This document shows, piece after piece, positions 16,578-25,673 of a DNA stretch of 50,052 bases. A model generated the notes under the pieces. That model had not been told where the DNA came from. It saw only the letters and a list, made by a program, of their open reading frames with translations, and ran no database searches. Each line of letters opens with the position of its first letter. Within the stretch, counting starts at the first letter, position 1. The stretch spans positions 1 through 50,052 of the IMG/VR virus record IMGVR_UViG_3300027521_000001; one strand, written 5' to 3'. The DNA is from a virus. A program made the position numbers and the translations under genes.

Positions 16578-19500
16578 ATGGCGGATGACGTTCTCCTTGG
16601 TTTCGTAGCCGAGACCAAGACCGCGCTCGAGCAAGTGCTCGCCATGGTCCGCGGCATGTCCGCGGGCCTGATCTCGCTCGGCGATCAGCATCCCGAAGTC
16701 GTCATCAACATCGCCAACGCGGCCGAGTCGCTGCGGACGCTTCAGGCCGACATCGAAGCCGTCCGCCGCGGCGAGCTTGACCTCAGCGGCCAGCCCCTCA
16801 CCATCAACACCGAGCAGGTGGCCGAGCGGCTGGACGCCGTTCTCGGGATGCTGCGGGGACTCAACGAGGAGTTCCTGCGGCTGCCGGACGTGGCGGCGGA
16901 GGCGAGCGCTGGCGTTACCGGCGCGGCTGATCGGATGGCAGAGAGCGAGCGCCTTGCGACCGAGGGCGCCGCGACTCTCCGCTCTGAGCTTGCCGGTGTC
17001 GCCAGGGAAGCGCAACTCGCAGGCGAAAAGGAAGAAGCTGCCTCGCGTCCCTTGGTTGACGGCGCGCGCCAAGCGCAGGCCGCCCTATCGGAGCTCTACC
17101 GGACCCTGTCCCGCGGAGCCATGTCGGTCGGACCGGAATTCGAACAGGCGGATCGCGCCATCGGCCGCTTCGCCGAGCTGCTGGCAAAGGCAAAGTCGGA
17201 AGGCTCACCGATCCCGCCGCAGCTACCAGGCCAACTCGCAAAGCTTCAGGGTGATCTTCTCGCCGTTGCGAACGACGCCCAGAAAGCCGGCGTTTCGCTC
17301 AAGAAGGCTGGCGAGGATGCGCATGCGGTCGGTGCGGCGGGAGAGAAGGCGAGCTCCGGAGGCATGTCGCTGTTGTCCCGCGCCTTCAACCGCATCGCCT
17401 TCAGCATCGAGTTGATGCTGGTCTACCAGGCCGCTCGGAAGATCTACGAGATCGGAGAGGCCGCTGCGGCTGCGGCCGAGAAGGGGCAGGCGCTCAAGAT
17501 CGCTCTTGAGTCTGCGGCAGGGGGCGCGCGAGAGGGAGCGGAAGCGGAAGCCTATCTCCGCGGCGAGGCGAAGCTTCTCGGCTTCGATGTCAACGCCGTG
17601 GCCGAGAGCTATGAGAAGTATGCGGCCACGGCCCGCGGCGCCAACGTAGCGCTCGACGAGCAGCGGGCGATCTCCTCCCGCCTGATGGAGACGGTGGCCT
17701 CGCTCCGCCTCGGAACCGGAGAGACCAACAAGGTTCTACAACTCTTCTCCGAGATCATCGACCGCGGTGCCGTCTCAACCGCCCAACTTCGCCGACGCCT
17801 GAGCGACGAGCTTCCTGGCGCGATGGCTTCCTTGCGGGCCGCCACCGGCCTGACAGAGACCGAGCTCGACAAGATGACGAAGGGCGGCCAGGTGGCCGCC
17901 AGTGCGCTCCTGCCCCTGATCACCAGGCTGGCAGAAGAAGTGGGCGGCGGCTATCACGATGCCCTCGTATCGGCCGGCGCCGAACAGGGGCGCCTTCGGA
18001 GCGAATGGGAGTTGGCGACGGCACAGGTCGGCGAGCGTTACCTGCCAGCGCTAGCCAACGCCATTGCCGAGCTGCGAACCTTCGTCGAAGAAAACAAGAG
18101 CGCTCGGGAAGTCGTCGGCGGCGCCCTCGGTGACCTAGCGAAGGGTGTGGAGGGAATCACCCACTGGTATCGAGAGTGGAGCGCTGAATCGGAGGTCGTG
18201 ACCCTGCGGCATCGCATCCTCCGTGACGAAGCTCGTGGCACGACAAAGGCGCTTGCGGATGCAAAGGTCGCGGCGACAGAACTCGAGGAAGCTGATCGCC
18301 GCCTCGCCGCAGCCACCCTCAGCGCTTCCGACAGGGCGGCCCAGCACGAAGCGGAGTTGCACCTCGAAGCACTTGCCGCAAGCGCCCTGATCCCGCAACT
18401 CACCTTGCAGATCGAGGCCCTTGAGAAGTCGGGGCGCTTTACTCGCGAAGAGGCCACCGCCGCCGTGGCTGCTGCTGACCAAAAAATCCTCGCCGCTCGC
18501 AATTTCAGCGAGGCTGATCGCCTCATGCTGAAGGATTTCCTCGACGGGCTTCAGCGAGCGTCCGATGGGCTGCGCCGTTTCACGGTCGATTTCACGAAAC
18601 AGCTCGGGGAGCAGATCGATGCCACGCGGCGCTATGCCCGCGACTTCCAGGATGAGCTACAGCGGACCGGTACCGTCTCGAAGGACGCCGCCGATCGCAT
18701 CGTCAAAGAAGTAACCGCCGAAGCGAAGAGTTTCAACCAGCTACCCGAAGCTCAGCGCAAGGCGCACGCCGAGTGGGGGACCGAGCTCGCTGCCATGCTG
18801 CGCGAGTTCCAGAGCTTCACTACCGCCTACGAGAAGGAGAACGCAAAACAGGTTAAGAGCGCCCAGCACACTGCCGCCGAAGAAGCGAAGGTGATGCACG
18901 AGCGCGAAACGGAAATGGAGAAGAGCATCCGCAAGATTGCGGAGCTGGGCTCGAAGCCGATCGACCGCGGCGCCGGCGCGGATGTGAAGGGGGCGCAGGA
19001 CCAGCTCGCCAAGGACAAGGCGGAGCTGGCGCAACTCAGCTCGAAGGCTACCCAGAGCGGCGCCGAGCTGGCCCGCATGGACGAGCTTCAGCAGGCGATC
19101 AACAAGGGCGGCGAAGCGGTCAAGCGCCTTCAGCAGCAGCAGCGCGATCAGGTGACCAGCGGCGAGGCTGGGAACAAAGCGCTGGCGCTCAGCTACGAGT
19201 CGGTCTATGGAAAGGTCCGCGACCTCATCACCGAGGACGACAAATTCAAGGCCGAGCTCGCTGGCCTGGGGCCTGAAGCGCAGTCAGCGTTTCAGCACGT
19301 GACGCAGGGGCTCCTCGACGCCGCGCAGGCCGGGACCGTCACTGAGGCCGACTTCCGCAAGTGGGGCTCCGATGTCGCCGGCATCTTTGTGCAGGCTGGT
19401 GTCGCGACCCAGGATTTCAAGCAGCGGCTCGAAGCCAACCTCTCGCCGCTCCGCACCGTGGCGCAGATGATGGACTCCCTCCGCGGCACGGCTGGGCAGA

Positions 19501-20534
19501 TCGCGCCTGCGATGACCGGAGCAGCATCGGCGACGAGCCAGGTTGCGGCCGCAGCTTCCCCCGCCGCCGCCGCGAGCCGCACCCTCTCTCTCGCGATGAA
19601 GGAACAGGCGGACGAAGCCGCCGCCGTTGCCGCTGCTGAGCGCGGCGCTGGTTTGGCGAGCGCTGACCTCGCCGGCAAGAGTCCCGCAGTGGTGGCCGCC
19701 TTCCAGGCCGCCGCCGCTGCGGCGAGAGCGCAGGCCTCCGGAGCCGATGCTGCGGGCGCAGCAAGCATCAGCGTCAGCAACAAGGAAGGCGAACTGATCG
19801 AGAAGACCCACGAGGCCGGCGACGCTTGGCACACCACGACGGAGCGCGTCCACGAGGGGACGGACGGCCTGATCCAGATCGGCGATGCGATGGTGAAGGC
19901 CGAGGGCGAGCAAGCCGCTTACAGCGAGGGCCTGAAGGTCGTCGAGGGGCATCTCGCAGACGGAACGGCCAAGTCGGTCATCTTCGGGACCAAGCTGCGC
20001 GACACCACGACCGCGACCAAGGACGCGACTGACAAGAGCGCCCTTCTCGCCACCGGCCTGAAGAACGAAGGGACGGCAGTCGAGCAGTTGAACGAGAAGC
20101 TACCGCAGCTCGTCTCGGCCCACCAACAGGCCGGCGCCGCGGCCGAGAGGAGCGCTGGCTCAGAACAGCGCGGCGCAACCGCGATGGGTCAATTGGCTGG
20201 CGCCGCGACCGCTGCCGCGCCTCCGGTTGAGAGCCTTGCCGCTTCCATGCAGAGGATCGCGGACGCGAACCCTGGCAGTGCGCTGGCGGCTGCGGCAGCT
20301 GCGGCCCGAGATCTCCTCACTTCTTCTCAGCCGCTCTCCGCAGAGCTGGACAAGGAAACGTTCTATGTGGACCACCTCGACTCCATTCTGCGCCGAGTCG
20401 TCGGTGCCTATGCGGCGGTGACTGTTGCGCGCGATGCCGACCGCGCGAGCATGGAAGCGTGGCGGGCAGAGGCGCGACTGGATGAGGAAGAGTGCAGGCT
20501 GCTCGCTACTTGCCTTGCGTCGGTGGCGGCATGA
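16578..20534 (+). CDS. Tail tape measure protein
   Basis: 1318 aa and Ala/Glu-rich alpha-helical. It contains the conserved tape-measure segment GAVSTAQLRRRLSDELPGAMASLRAATGLTETELDKMTKGGQVAASALL. Confidence 0.92.
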   Translation: MADDVLLGFVAETKTALEQVLAMVRGMSAGLISLGDQHPEVVINIANAAESLRTLQADIEAVRRGELDLSGQPLTINTEQVAERLDAVLGMLRGLNEEFLRLPDVAAEASAGVTGAADRMAESERLATEGAATLRSELAGVAREAQLAGEKEEAASRPLVDGARQAQAALSELYRTLSRGAMSVGPEFEQADRAIGRFAELLAKAKSEGSPIPPQLPGQLAKLQGDLLAVANDAQKAGVSLKKAGEDAHAVGAAGEKASSGGMSLLSRAFNRIAFSIELMLVYQAARKIYEIGEAAAAAAEKGQALKIALESAAGGAREGAEAEAYLRGEAKLLGFDVNAVAESYEKYAATARGANVALDEQRAISSRLMETVASLRLGTGETNKVLQLFSEIIDRGAVSTAQLRRRLSDELPGAMASLRAATGLTETELDKMTKGGQVAASALLPLITRLAEEVGGGYHDALVSAGAEQGRLRSEWELATAQVGERYLPALANAIAELRTFVEENKSAREVVGGALGDLAKGVEGITHWYREWSAESEVVTLRHRILRDEARGTTKALADAKVAATELEEADRRLAAATLSASDRAAQHEAELHLEALAASALIPQLTLQIEALEKSGRFTREEATAAVAAADQKILAARNFSEADRLMLKDFLDGLQRASDGLRRFTVDFTKQLGEQIDATRRYARDFQDELQRTGTVSKDAADRIVKEVTAEAKSFNQLPEAQRKAHAEWGTELAAMLREFQSFTTAYEKENAKQVKSAQHTAAEEAKVMHERETEMEKSIRKIAELGSKPIDRGAGADVKGAQDQLAKDKAELAQLSSKATQSGAELARMDELQQAINKGGEAVKRLQQQQRDQVTSGEAGNKALALSYESVYGKVRDLITEDDKFKAELAGLGPEAQSAFQHVTQGLLDAAQAGTVTEADFRKWGSDVAGIFVQAGVATQDFKQRLEANLSPLRTVAQMMDSLRGTAGQIAPAMTGAASATSQVAAAASPAAAASRTLSLAMKEQADEAAAVAAAERGAGLASADLAGKSPAVVAAFQAAAAAARAQASGADAAGAASISVSNKEGELIEKTHEAGDAWHTTTERVHEGTDGLIQIGDAMVKAEGEQAAYSEGLKVVEGHLADGTAKSVIFGTKLRDTTTATKDATDKSALLATGLKNEGTAVEQLNEKLPQLVSAHQQAGAAAERSAGSEQRGATAMGQLAGAATAAAPPVESLAASMQRIADANPGSALAAAAAAARDLLTSSQPLSAELDKETFYVDHLDSILRRVVGAYAAVTVARDADRASMEAWRAEARLDEEECRLLATCLASVAA

Positions 20535-21337
20535 GCAGCTTGGTTGAGGCCTACGAGACGGATCGCGCCGCATGGATCGAGCGCACGGCAGCGCTGGCGG
20601 CCCTACTGGAATCCCTGAAGCGTAGCCTCGATGCCTGCGGTCGCGCGCGGGCGGCCAAGAAGCGCGCGCAGGAAGCGGAGCAGCGGGCTGGCGGTCCTTC
20701 CGGCGGCAGAATCTCGCCGATCTGGCCGAGCGTCGCATGGTGGCAGCAGGCCGGGAAGAAGCAGCAGCAGACGCCGGGGCTCTCGCCGGTGACGCAGTAC
20801 TTTCCCCTGGACATCAGCCTGCTCGCCAAGGACAGCATCCTCGAGCAGTTTGGAGCTCCGTTCGGGGAACCCTTCGCGGAGCCTGGACACGGCATCAACG
20901 AAGCTCGCCAGGCGGAGGGACTGCCGGCGGTCTCGGAGACCGGCGCCGGCAATCAGTCCTTCGCGCCGGACGGCGGGGGTGGTGCGGGTGGCGGAAATGC
21001 TTCCTCGCCGCCGTCTTCGCCGCAGGATCTGCGAGGAGCGTTCGGCTCCGGTGCTCCGGACTTTGGGTCTGGGCAACCGAGCTTTGGCAGTGGTGCGCCC
21101 AGCTTCGGGAGCGGCGCCCCCGACTTCGGCCCAGGCGCCCCATCCTTCAACAAGCCTCAGTCTCTAGGATCCGGAGCGCCAGATTTCGGTAGCGGCGCTC
21201 CGAGTTTCAACAAGCCGCCTTCCCTTGGATCTGGCGCCCCCGACTTTGGATCGGGTGCGCCATCCTTCGGTCCTGGGGCACCGGACTTCGGCAAGAACAG
21301 CGCGCCGATCGGCAGCGATCCGGGGAGCGGAGGGTAG
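20531..21337 (+). CDS. Protein with about ten GAP(S/D)FG repeats
   Basis: Internal ATG of track ORF 20492..21337 with an ATGA overlap to the tape-measure stop. The C-terminal third is a degenerate octapeptide array. Confidence 0.7.
   Translation: MSSLVEAYETDRAAWIERTAALAALLESLKRSLDACGRARAAKKRAQEAEQRAGGPSGGRISPIWPSVAWWQQAGKKQQQTPGLSPVTQYFPLDISLLAKDSILEQFGAPFGEPFAEPGHGINEARQAEGLPAVSETGAGNQSFAPDGGGGAGGGNASSPPSSPQDLRGAFGSGAPDFGSGQPSFGSGAPSFGSGAPDFGPGAPSFNKPQSLGSGAPDFGSGAPSFNKPPSLGSGAPDFGSGAPSFGPGAPDFGKNSAPIGSDPGSGG
21035..21292 (+). repeat. In-frame tandem octapeptide array (GSGAPDFG / GSGAPSFG / GPGAPSFN)
   Basis: Read from the translation (aa 169-254 of the 20531 gene). The 24-nt period is visible in the DNA as ggngcnccngacttcgg variants. 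Confidence 0.9.
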
Positions 21338-21340
21338 CCG

Positions 21341-22426
21341 GTGCGCTTCGCCGACAACATCCGGGACACCTCTGCGGCGCTCGACGAACTCACGCCGCGG
21401 TTGCAGACTCATGCGGATGCCCTGGACCGCGCCGCCGCTTCGCAACTCGCCCTCGGGCAGGCGACGGCAGACTCTCTCGACATGGTGACGCCCAAGGTGG
21501 CGGCGCTGGGGGATACGGCGGCCGCTGCGGCGGATCAGACTGCCGGTGGTGCGCCAGGCGGAGCGGCCGGCGTCGGTCCCACCGGTCAGCCGCCAGCGAA
21601 CGGAGGGCAAGCCGGCTACTGGTATCGCGACCCCGCCACGGGACAGGTCAGATGGGTGAGTACCTACGGCGTCGGCGCCCAGCCGATTGGCGGCGGCGGC
21701 GGCGCTGCTCCCGGAGGCGGTGCGCCCGCATCCGGCGGCGGAGTCAATCCGACCGGCCTGCCTCCGCCGAACCAGGGGCAAGCCGGTTACTGGTACCGCG
21801 ACCCACAGACCGGGCTTGAGCGCTGGATCAGCACTTACGGCGTCGGCGCGCAGTCAATCGGCGGTGGCGCGGCTGGCGGCGGGGGCGCAGGTCGCGGTGC
21901 CGGAGCGCCAGGGGGGGGTGGCGTCAACCCAACGGGCCTTCCCCCTCCGAACAAGGGCGAGGCTGGCTACTGGTGGCGAGACCCGCAAACGGGACAGGAA
22001 CGCTGGGTCAGTACCTACGGGGTGGGAGCCGCTGGAATCGGAGGGGGCGCTGGCGGCGGCGGCGCGGGGGGAAGCGTCAACCCGACAGGCCAACCCCCCG
22101 CGAACCAGGGGCAGGCCGGCTACTGGTACAGGGACCCGCAAACCGGGCAGACCCGATGGGTGAGCACCTACGGCGTCAACGCTCCCGAGATTGGCGGAGG
22201 AAGCGGAGGCGGCGGCAGGAGTGCGGGCCCTCCGGCGCCAGGCGGCGGCTCCGCGTCAGCAGCCCACAAGAAGGATGCATCCTCCGGTCCGACGCAGGGT
22301 GAGCGGCAGATAGTCGGGGCGGTCCAGGCGCTTCATGAGACGACGAAGAGCCTGCTTGCCACAGCCAAGAGCGGGCCGGCCGTCTCCTGGGATACGACCG
22401 CTCGAGCGATGGGGCTGGCGCGATGA
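21341..22426 (+). CDS. Protein with four ~40-aa conserved repeats at ~50-60-aa spacing (NPTGxPPxNxGxAGYWYRDPxTGxxRWVSTYGVGA)
   Basis: 361 aa with a GTG start. The four repeats are separated by poly-Gly linkers. The helical N- and C-terminal parts flank the array. Confidence 0.75.
   Translation: MRFADNIRDTSAALDELTPRLQTHADALDRAAASQLALGQATADSLDMVTPKVAALGDTAAAAADQTAGGAPGGAAGVGPTGQPPANGGQAGYWYRDPATGQVRWVSTYGVGAQPIGGGGGAAPGGGAPASGGGVNPTGLPPPNQGQAGYWYRDPQTGLERWISTYGVGAQSIGGGAAGGGGAGRGAGAPGGGGVNPTGLPPPNKGEAGYWWRDPQTGQERWVSTYGVGAAGIGGGAGGGGAGGSVNPTGQPPANQGQAGYWYRDPQTGQTRWVSTYGVNAPEIGGGSGGGGRSAGPPAPGGGSASAAHKKDASSGPTQGERQIVGAVQALHETTKSLLATAKSGPAVSWDTTARAMGLAR
21575..22201 (+). repeat. Four in-frame tandem repeats spaced about 150-180 nt apart
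   Basis: The core GYW(Y/W)RDPxTGxxRW(V/I)STYGV is conserved in all four copies (aa 79-287). Confidence 0.9.
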
Positions 22427-22464
22427 GAGGCGGGAAAATTCAGGGGGGTGAAAAATCCCGCCTC
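22427..22464 (+). other. Perfect 9-bp hairpin in the only sizeable intergenic gap of the tail module
   Basis: GAGGCGGGA (22427-35) pairs with TCCCGCCTC (22456-64) around a 20-nt A/G-rich loop. No T-tract follows. Confidence 0.5.
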
Positions 22465-22505
22465 TGGACCCCTATTTCCTCCCCCTCAAAGCTTGAGGTA
22501 TCGCC

Positions 22506-23144
22506 ATGAGCAACGGCGGCTATCTCAAGTGGGACATCCAATTCCTGCTGAACAAGTATTGGCTGGACGGGAGATGGTCCGACTTCGGCGCGGACTCGCT
22601 GACCTCGGAAGCGGCTGACGGGGTGATTGTCCTCGACACCCACGCGCAGACTCAGATTGTCCAGAAGCGCTACACCGGCTCGCTGGCGCCGCTCCTCGGG
22701 GACAAGTGGAAGTTTACCCTCACGCTGGCGGCCGACTCGCAGGACGACTACCGCTCGCTGCTCCTCTCGCGGGCTCGGGCGCGACCGGTTGCCTTCGTGC
22801 CCGGGAAGTGGGCCGTGGATGTCTTCCCCGCCGGCCAGAGCGCTGGCGTGCTCAGCCGGCCGCCGTGCAGCGGGCTCGCTGGCTTCCCGTCCACCGACCC
22901 AGGGGGCGTGCCGCTCGGCGCCGCAGACACCGTTCAGGTCTACCTCGACGGCAACCGGGATGACGCGGCAGCCACCGTGACCGGCCAGAGCGTTGCCTTC
23001 GCCGCTTCCGGGGAGATCGCCGTGTTCTACATGCCGGCGTTTTGGGTGGTGTTCGTGCCTGGACCGAAGGATGAGATCTCCGACCCGAACAACCTGAAGC
23101 TCAGCTTTGATTTAGAGGAAGTGAGACAAGGCAACTTCCAATGA
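22506..23144 (+). CDS. Distal tail protein-like (by position)
   Basis: 212 aa with GAGG upstream, positioned after the tape measure and repeat proteins. Confidence 0.6.
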   Translation: MSNGGYLKWDIQFLLNKYWLDGRWSDFGADSLTSEAADGVIVLDTHAQTQIVQKRYTGSLAPLLGDKWKFTLTLAADSQDDYRSLLLSRARARPVAFVPGKWAVDVFPAGQSAGVLSRPPCSGLAGFPSTDPGGVPLGAADTVQVYLDGNRDDAAATVTGQSVAFAASGEIAVFYMPAFWVVFVPGPKDEISDPNNLKLSFDLEEVRQGNFQ

Positions 23145-23278
23145 CGCCGACTGCGGCTATGGAGCTGCTCTCCCGCTGCCGCTTTGTCCCCGGTGATCCG
23201 GTCGCCGGCGGAAAGTCTCCGGCACAGAGCAAGGATTCCGCTGGTCGGCGATCAGCGGTGCGCGCGGCGGCATTCTAG
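23141..23278 (+). CDS. Small ORF (MTPTAAMELLSRCRFVPGDP...)
   Basis: 45 aa with an ATGA overlap to the upstream stop. Its TAG lies 1 nt before the next ATG. Confidence 0.35.
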   Translation: MTPTAAMELLSRCRFVPGDPVAGGKSPAQSKDSAGRRSAVRAAAF

Positions 23279-23279
23279 C

Positions 23280-25622
23280 ATGCCCTCCGTCTCCTTCTTC
23301 ATCTCCGGCGCCTGCGTCAACCCGGATCCCCCAGCCACGGCGACCGGCTTCATCGACGGCGGCAGCGCGGAGATCACGGATCAGACGGCGGCCGAGATCA
23401 CCGGGGGCTGTGATGCGAGCCTGACCCAGGGGGCGATACCGCTCGCCAGCTCCTTCCAGGAGTGCGCGATAGAGGCGTTCGTTGGCGGCCGGCCCGTGCC
23501 GCTGGATCAGCTCGTCGGCAAGATCGAGGTGGATACCCAGGTCGAGCGGCTGCTGAACACCTGGACCTTCACCACGGCGGTGACCGCGCCCGATGGCGTC
23601 TTCGGCAACCCCCTGGACAGGGTGGGGCCGCCTACGGGGCTGCTCGACGTCGACCTGTACGCCACCTACCGGGTGAACGGCCAGGTGGTGCGCTACCCGC
23701 TGATGCTGCACGGCGTGGCGACTCTGAGCAAGCGGATCGCGGAGCTCAGCGCCGGAACCAAGGTCGGCTGGACGGAACAGCTCGAAGGGCTGGACCGCGG
23801 CGGCCGGTTCGACGGGATGCCGGGGACGCTGGTCATCCCCGAGGGCAGCATGCTCCCGCGAGAGCAGGTGGCGGAGCGCCTGATCGGCTCGGCCAAGGAC
23901 GCCAGCAGCCCCCCCGACTTGGAGTTTCACTTCGAGGCTTCGCAGACGAAGGTCAAGAAGTATGTCCCGCTGGTGGACGGGGATCCCTGGCAGCTCTCGC
24001 AGGAAATGTTCGCCACCGAGGGGCGCCGGCTCCTCCGCGATGTCGAGGGCTTCAACTGGAATCCGCGCCTTGGCCTTCAGAAGAACGGCGCCGCCGTCCC
24101 CGTCTTCATGATCGACGAGCGGCTGATTCTCTGCTTGCAGACCTTCGAGATGGACGGGCCGCCCGGAAAGGTCCCGACCTCGGTGACGCTGACCGGGACC
24201 GAGCAACTGGTCAGCCCCCCGACCGTCGCGCCGGCCTACAAGGTGGTGACCTCGCAGCAGATCGAATATGCGGTCTACCAGCCCAAGGCGGCCGAGTACA
24301 TCCAGAACCTCAGCGGCTGCACGCTCTCCTTCCTTGGCATCTCGATCAACGATCCGCGCCTGATCCCGGTCAAGCTGGTGGTGACGACGCTGGAATACCT
24401 GGGTGGCACGCTGGTGACGCAGGCGGTCGAGACCTACGCTTACGTCTGGCCCGAGGCGGCGCGCTACAAGTGGGACGAGACGACGCACGCCCTGGTCTGT
24501 CAGCAGAACGTCTTTCTGCCGCCAGGCGCGGCGCCGGGACCGACCGACCAGACGGGAGCCTATGCGACCCGCGGCGAGGAGTGGCTACTGCAGAGCCGCG
24601 TGCGGACGCAGAAGTTTTACGATGCCATCGGCTACACCGGGCAGGATGGACTCCCGACCGATCCTTGGTTCCAGGCCTTCCACGGGACGGCAGGCGGCAG
24701 CTTCGCGGGGACCGGCTTCTACCTCGGGTCGATCGCCACAACCGAGGAGTGGTACACCCGGCGCCATGCCTGGAAGCAAGAAAGCGGGACGACACCCTGG
24801 CAGTCGATCGACCCGCTGGACGGCGTTCTCGTCCGTGGCAGCGGGGAGGCGGTCGAGGACGCACAGGCGCTCTTCACCGTCACCAAGCAAGTCGTGGAGG
24901 TCCAGCACGCGGACGCCTCGGGGACCTTGCAGTCGATCGCCACGTTCAACTACGGCTTCGGGCTCTACCAGGGCGGCGAGTTTCAGTTCCAGGCGAACAA
25001 CGGGCAGACGAGCTCGCAGGAGCTGGAGACCTTTGAGCTGGTCGGAGGGACCGATACCGTCTACATCCCGCTCAGCGAGACGAGCGGCTATCAGGAGATT
25101 CAGAGCGCGTACACCTTCGATGGATCCTCGAACACGGTGGGCGATCCAAAGGTCTCGATCGGCCCAGGTATCCCGCCGGCGATCGAGCAGCTGCCCAACC
25201 TTCAGCCCGACCTCAACGCCTTCCCGGGCGCACAGATGGCGGACCCCAACCAGACGCAGCCGATTAAGGTCGAGGTCAAGGTGCCGGCGCTCCTCGCGAC
25301 TCACCCGCCCTACAAGATCAAGACGAGCCTGCCATGGGCGGAGACGATGCAGGAGCTGGGGGACGCCGGGCTGTATCTCATCGAGCAGGCGGCGGCGGCC
25401 AAGTGCACCTTCACCACGCCGCTCCTCGGGATGCTTCAGGCGGGGTACTGGGTGATCCTGATCGAGCGGCCCTTCGGCATCAACGCCTTGGGGCAGATCA
25501 CGGCGGTCAAGCATTGGAGCAACGGGACACTCGCGGACCCCTACTTGAGCACGTTCACGGTCTCGATCTACCCGGTTATCGGGTCGGTCGAGGTGCCCGA
25601 GACGGGGACGACACCGCCATGA
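23280..25622 (+). CDS. Large tail protein (tail-tip / Tal-like by position)
   Basis: 780 aa from an internal ATG (MPSVSFFISG...) of track ORF 23184..25622. The upstream 32 codons are Arg-rich. Confidence 0.75.
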   Translation: MPSVSFFISGACVNPDPPATATGFIDGGSAEITDQTAAEITGGCDASLTQGAIPLASSFQECAIEAFVGGRPVPLDQLVGKIEVDTQVERLLNTWTFTTAVTAPDGVFGNPLDRVGPPTGLLDVDLYATYRVNGQVVRYPLMLHGVATLSKRIAELSAGTKVGWTEQLEGLDRGGRFDGMPGTLVIPEGSMLPREQVAERLIGSAKDASSPPDLEFHFEASQTKVKKYVPLVDGDPWQLSQEMFATEGRRLLRDVEGFNWNPRLGLQKNGAAVPVFMIDERLILCLQTFEMDGPPGKVPTSVTLTGTEQLVSPPTVAPAYKVVTSQQIEYAVYQPKAAEYIQNLSGCTLSFLGISINDPRLIPVKLVVTTLEYLGGTLVTQAVETYAYVWPEAARYKWDETTHALVCQQNVFLPPGAAPGPTDQTGAYATRGEEWLLQSRVRTQKFYDAIGYTGQDGLPTDPWFQAFHGTAGGSFAGTGFYLGSIATTEEWYTRRHAWKQESGTTPWQSIDPLDGVLVRGSGEAVEDAQALFTVTKQVVEVQHADASGTLQSIATFNYGFGLYQGGEFQFQANNGQTSSQELETFELVGGTDTVYIPLSETSGYQEIQSAYTFDGSSNTVGDPKVSIGPGIPPAIEQLPNLQPDLNAFPGAQMADPNQTQPIKVEVKVPALLATHPPYKIKTSLPWAETMQELGDAGLYLIEQAAAAKCTFTTPLLGMLQAGYWVILIERPFGINALGQITAVKHWSNGTLADPYLSTFTVSIYPVIGSVEVPETGTTPP

Positions 25623-25636
25623 GGGTGATTATCCGC

Positions 25637-25666
25637 TTGACGCGGCCCATGGCGAACGCATATGCT
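25637..25666 (+). promoter_or_regulatory. Sigma70-like promoter TTGACG-18 nt-TATGCT inside the tail module
   Basis: -35 at 25637-42 and -10 at 25661-66. The ATG at 25674 starts 7 nt after the -10. Confidence 0.45.
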
Positions 25667-25673
25667 TTGCCTT

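Noticed and set aside
21035-22201. Tandem DNA repeats as a possible CRISPR array or noncoding satellite.
   Set aside because: The repeats are in frame within long ORFs. They are degenerate at the DNA level but conserved at the protein level, and they have no unique spacers. No CRISPR-like array exists elsewhere in the window.
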